This document shows positions 60,625 through 64,000 of a DNA stretch of 64,000 nt, in pieces. A program made the translations under genes and the position numbers. The stretch comes from an uncultured Desulfobacter sp. (GTDB lineage Bacteria; Desulfobacterota; Desulfobacteria; Desulfobacterales; Desulfobacteraceae): NCBI GenBank assembly GCA_963665095.1, contig OY762069.1, positions 448,001 to 512,000 on the forward strand. The letters are read 5' to 3'. Within the stretch, counting starts at the first letter, position 1; each line of letters begins with the position of its first letter. Below the pieces are notes generated by a model, which was given only the letters and a program-made list of their open reading frames with translations, was not told where the DNA came from and made no database searches.

Positions 60625-61056
60625 ATGATAACTGTGATTCCTGATATATCAGCGGTATATCAGATGGTCAATTTCCTTGTCCTCCTGTTCTTCCTCAACC
60701 TTGTTCTGTACAAACCCATTCGAAATGTCATTCTGGAAAGAAAGGCCAAAGTCGACTCCTTAAGTTCTGGGGTTGAAAAAGCATCGGCTGATCTTGAAAT
60801 TCAGAAAGATGAGTATAAGGATGGATTGAAGCAGGCAAGGGGTGAAGGCCTCAAGAAAAAAGAGGTTTTCATCAATGAGGCATCTGCAGAGGAAAAGGAA
60901 ATCATTGCCCGGATCAACAAACAGGCGCAGGCTAATTTTGCCCAGATCAAAGCGCAGGTTGCCGAAGAGAGCCGGCAAGCTCAAAAAGCGCTTGAAGCCG
61001 AGGTTGGCGAGTTTGCAAAAGCCATCGGTGAAAAGATACTCGGGAGGGCATGTTAA
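60625..61056 (+). CDS. atpF: F0F1 ATP synthase subunit b'
   Basis: N-terminal TM segment (QMVNFLVLLFFLNLVLYKPI) followed by a coiled coil; first gene of the atp operon. Confidence 0.88.
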   Translation: MITVIPDISAVYQMVNFLVLLFFLNLVLYKPIRNVILERKAKVDSLSSGVEKASADLEIQKDEYKDGLKQARGEGLKKKEVFINEASAEEKEIIARINKQAQANFAQIKAQVAEESRQAQKALEAEVGEFAKAIGEKILGRAC

Positions 61057-61649
61057 TGGAAAAAATCAATTGGAAGAAACACCTTAAGGTTTCCGCTACT
61101 GTGGCAGTGCTTTTGACTGGTGCGACAGTGGTCTGGGCTTCCGGTGGCGGTCATGGCGAAGCAGCGCACCATAACGCCTGGCACGATGTTGATACCTGGA
61201 AGGTACTCAATTTTGTGATTTTGGCTCTGGGTTGCTTTTTCATTGCCAAAAAGCCGGTTGCCAATTTCTTTTCGTCCCGTGCCAAAGGGATCGAAGAGGA
61301 GTTAACAGAACTGGAAGAGAAAAAAGCCGAAGCACAGAAAAAACTGGCTGAGTACGAAACCCGGTTCAGAAATCTTGAACAGGAATCTGCCCAGATTGTT
61401 GAGGATTACATCAAACAGGGTGAAGAAGCCAAAAAACGGATTCTTGAAGAGGCACAGGCTCAGGCTGACAAACTCGAAGATATGGCCAAGCGCAATATCG
61501 AGCAGGAGTTCAAGGCTGCCAAAGCGGCGCTGAAACAGGATGTCGTGGAACAGGCAATGGCGCAGGCTGAAGCGCTCATTAAAAAGTCCATCACGACCCA
61601 GGATCAGAACCGACTGGTTGATGAATACTTGAAAAAGGTGGAGGCATAA
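61056..61649 (+). CDS. atpF: F0F1 ATP synthase subunit b
   Basis: WKVLNFVIL TM segment plus coiled coil. TAATG overlap with b' (track start is 61050). Confidence 0.9.
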   Translation: MEKINWKKHLKVSATVAVLLTGATVVWASGGGHGEAAHHNAWHDVDTWKVLNFVILALGCFFIAKKPVANFFSSRAKGIEEELTELEEKKAEAQKKLAEYETRFRNLEQESAQIVEDYIKQGEEAKKRILEEAQAQADKLEDMAKRNIEQEFKAAKAALKQDVVEQAMAQAEALIKKSITTQDQNRLVDEYLKKVEA

Positions 61650-62200
61650 TGAAGAATCTTGCAGTTTCAAGGCGTTATGCCAAGGCGTTGATTTTGATAG
61701 GCCAGGAAGACGGTCAGGCAGAAGGGTACAACGATGAGCTTTTTGCCATGGTTGGGCTTTTGGATAGCCAGGAAGGATTCGAACAGGCGCTTACGAATCC
61801 GCTCATAAGAAAAGGTGACCGTAAAAAGCTTCTTGAGGCGGTTATTGCTGCAGCAGGCTTCTCTAAGGTGATGAAATCATTTTTGTCTCTGCTTTTTGAC
61901 AAAGGCAGGATCGGTTTTCTAAGGGACATATCAACCTACTACAATACAATGGCTGATGAACTAAAAGGAGTTGTCAGGGCAAGCGTTGTGTCTGCTACGA
62001 ACCTGTCCAAGGCAAACATTACAAAAATTCAGAAGTCCTTGTCTCAGAAAACTGGTAAAACCGTTGTGCTTGACGTGAAGCAGGATTCAAGCCTTATCGG
62101 CGGAATTATCACAAAAATCGGCGATCTTGTTCTTGACGGCAGCGTAAAAACCCAGCTGATCAATATGAGGGAAACTTTAAAAAAAGGTGAGAGTGCATAA
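61649..62200 (+). CDS. atpH: F0F1 ATP synthase subunit delta
   Basis: RRYAKAL, LIGGII.KIGD...DGSV. Confidence 0.95.
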   Translation: MKNLAVSRRYAKALILIGQEDGQAEGYNDELFAMVGLLDSQEGFEQALTNPLIRKGDRKKLLEAVIAAAGFSKVMKSFLSLLFDKGRIGFLRDISTYYNTMADELKGVVRASVVSATNLSKANITKIQKSLSQKTGKTVVLDVKQDSSLIGGIITKIGDLVLDGSVKTQLINMRETLKKGESA

Positions 62201-63717
62201 TGGAAATTAAAGCAGAAGAAATAAGCCAGATTATAAAAGATCAAATTAAGGGATTTGATGCGGACGTAGATCTGAGCGAAACAGGTGTCGTTCTCTCCGC
62301 GGGTGACGGTATTGCCCGCGTCTACGGTTTGGAAAAAGTAAAGGCCATGGAGCTTGTTGAGTTCCCCGGCGGTATCCTGGGCCTGGCCCTCAACCTTGAA
62401 GCTGACAACGTCGGTGTCGCCATCCTTGGCGATGACAAGGTTATCAAGGAAGGTGATGTGGTTAAAAGAACCGACCGTATCGCTTCTGTACCGGTTGGTG
62501 AAGAACTTCTGGGGCGTGTTGTCACCACCACGGGTGAGCCGGTTGACGGAAAAGGTCCCATCAACTCCAAAACTTATATGAACATGGAGCTGGTTGCCCC
62601 GGGTGTTATCGCCAGAAAAGGCGTTCACGAACCCTGCTACACAGGTTCAAAGGCTGTTGACGGCATGACCCCTGTTGGCCGCGGCCAGCGTGAGCTGATC
62701 ATTGGTGACCGTCAGATCGGTAAAACAGCGGTTGCTGTTGACGCCATCATCGCCCAGAAAGAAAGCGGCATCAAATGTATCTATGTTGCCTGCGGCCAGA
62801 AAAAGTCAACGGTTGCACAGGTTGTTGCTGCTCTTGAAGAACACGGCGCCATGGAATACACCACCGTTGTTGTGGCATCTGCTTCTGAGTCTGCTGCCAT
62901 GCAGTACCTGGCTCCTTATGCCGGATGTGCCATGGGCGAATACTTCCGTGACAAAGGCGAGCATGCCCTGATCATCTATGATGACCTTTCAAAACAGGCT
63001 GCTGCTTATCGTCAGGTATCCCTGCTGCTCAGGCGCCCACCAGGACGTGAGGCTTTCCCTGGTGACATTTTCTACAACCACAGCCGTCTGCTGGAACGTT
63101 CCGCCAAGATGAGCGATGAGCTCGGTGCTGGATCTCTCACAGCCCTTCCCATCATTGAAACCCAGGAAGGTGACGTATCTGCATTTATCCCCACCAACGT
63201 TATTTCCATCACCGACGGTCAGATCTTCCTTGATAAGGACCTCTTCTTTGCCGGTATCCGTCCGGCCATTGACGTTGGATTGTCTGTATCCCGCGTAGGT
63301 GGCGCAGCCCAGGTAAAAGCCATGAAACAGGTGGCAGGCACCTTGCGTCTGGATCTGGCTCAGTTTAGAGAGCTCGAAGCCTTTGCCGCTTTCGGTTCTG
63401 ATCTTGATGCGGCCACCCAGAAACAGCTGACCCGTGGTGAAAGACTGGTTGAGCTGCTCAAACAGCCTCAGTATCAGCCGCTTCCCATGTACAAGCAGGT
63501 AACCGTTCTTTATGCCGGTACCAAAGGTTACCTGGATGCATATCCCAAAGAAGCAGTTGCCGCCTATGAAGCAGGACTGTATCCCTTTGTTGAAAGCCGT
63601 TTCCCTGAAGTCTTCACTGGCTTGAAGGAAAAAGAAAAAATTGATGATGAACTCGAGGCCAAGCTCAAAGAATGCCTTACAGCCTATGGCGAAGAATTCA
63701 AGGAGACCTTAAGCTAA
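62200..63717 (+). CDS. atpA: F0F1 ATP synthase subunit alpha
   Basis: [35 protein letters not shown]. Confidence 0.98.
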   Translation: MEIKAEEISQIIKDQIKGFDADVDLSETGVVLSAGDGIARVYGLEKVKAMELVEFPGGILGLALNLEADNVGVAILGDDKVIKEGDVVKRTDRIASVPVGEELLGRVVTTTGEPVDGKGPINSKTYMNMELVAPGVIARKGVHEPCYTGSKAVDGMTPVGRGQRELIIGDRQIGKTAVAVDAIIAQKESGIKCIYVACGQKKSTVAQVVAALEEHGAMEYTTVVVASASESAAMQYLAPYAGCAMGEYFRDKGEHALIIYDDLSKQAAAYRQVSLLLRRPPGREAFPGDIFYNHSRLLERSAKMSDELGAGSLTALPIIETQEGDVSAFIPTNVISITDGQIFLDKDLFFAGIRPAIDVGLSVSRVGGAAQVKAMKQVAGTLRLDLAQFRELEAFAAFGSDLDAATQKQLTRGERLVELLKQPQYQPLPMYKQVTVLYAGTKGYLDAYPKEAVAAYEAGLYPFVESRFPEVFTGLKEKEKIDDELEAKLKECLTAYGEEFKETLS

Positions 63718-63785
63718 GGCTTTTTGGTTGATTTGGATTGATTTGTGAAAACAAACACTAACATATAGGCGCAAAGGTAGATCAT

Positions 63786-64000
63786 ATGGCAACGTTAAAA
63801 GAAGTAAAATCGAAAATAGTCAGTGTTAAAAAGACTAGACAGATTACCTCTGCCATGAAAATGGTCGCCACTTCAAAACTGCGCGGCTCTCAGAATGCCA
63901 TGGAAGCATTCAAACCCTACGCTTCCAAATTTGCTGAAGTTCTGGGATCCATTGCCGGGAAATCAGGAGAGGATGCATCACCTCTTTTGGTACCCAAGGA
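63786..64000 (+). CDS. atpG: F0F1 ATP synthase subunit gamma (5' part; runs off the window end)
   Basis: Manual translation MATLKEVKSKIVSVKKTRQITSAMKMVATSKLR... Confidence 0.95.
   Translation, partial: MATLKEVKSKIVSVKKTRQITSAMKMVATSKLRGSQNAMEAFKPYASKFAEVLGSIAGKSGEDASPLLVPK

Overview
A 64-kb bacterial chromosomal window. Gene content and order suggest a Desulfobacterota (deltaproteobacterial) anaerobe, probably a Desulfobacteraceae-like sulfate reducer; this is an inference. From left to right it holds: the 5' end of a signal-peptide-bearing ATP-dependent DNA ligase (absent from the ORF track); a Cache/HAMP/PAS kinase, NarL-type regulator and acyl-CoA ligase; a minus-strand cluster of GntR/FadR regulator, GRE activase, trans-4-hydroxy-L-proline dehydratase (HypD), DppABCDF and Xaa-Pro peptidase; GluQ-like, PilZ and kinase genes; an extended Mrp/Mnh antiporter operon with three MrpD-like subunits, a leading response regulator and two trailing cNMP-binding proteins; LivKHMGF; TrkAH; a sigma54 activator/NifX-like/cytidylate-kinase-like/SLC13 module; a tandem gamma-carbonic-anhydrase-like protein; U32, cupin, Ada-Zn, SSS and Nif11-like genes; acidic Ser/Thr-rich proteins; ldcA-serine hydrolase-mreBCD-mrdA-rodA; and atpF'FHA plus the start of atpG. 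I saw no rRNA, tRNA, CRISPR array or transposase. The strongest candidate for an undescribed system is the HypD-Dpp-prolidase cluster, which looks like a pathway for anaerobic use of hydroxyproline-containing peptides and lacks the usual proC. All family assignments come from motif recognition by eye; no database searches were run.
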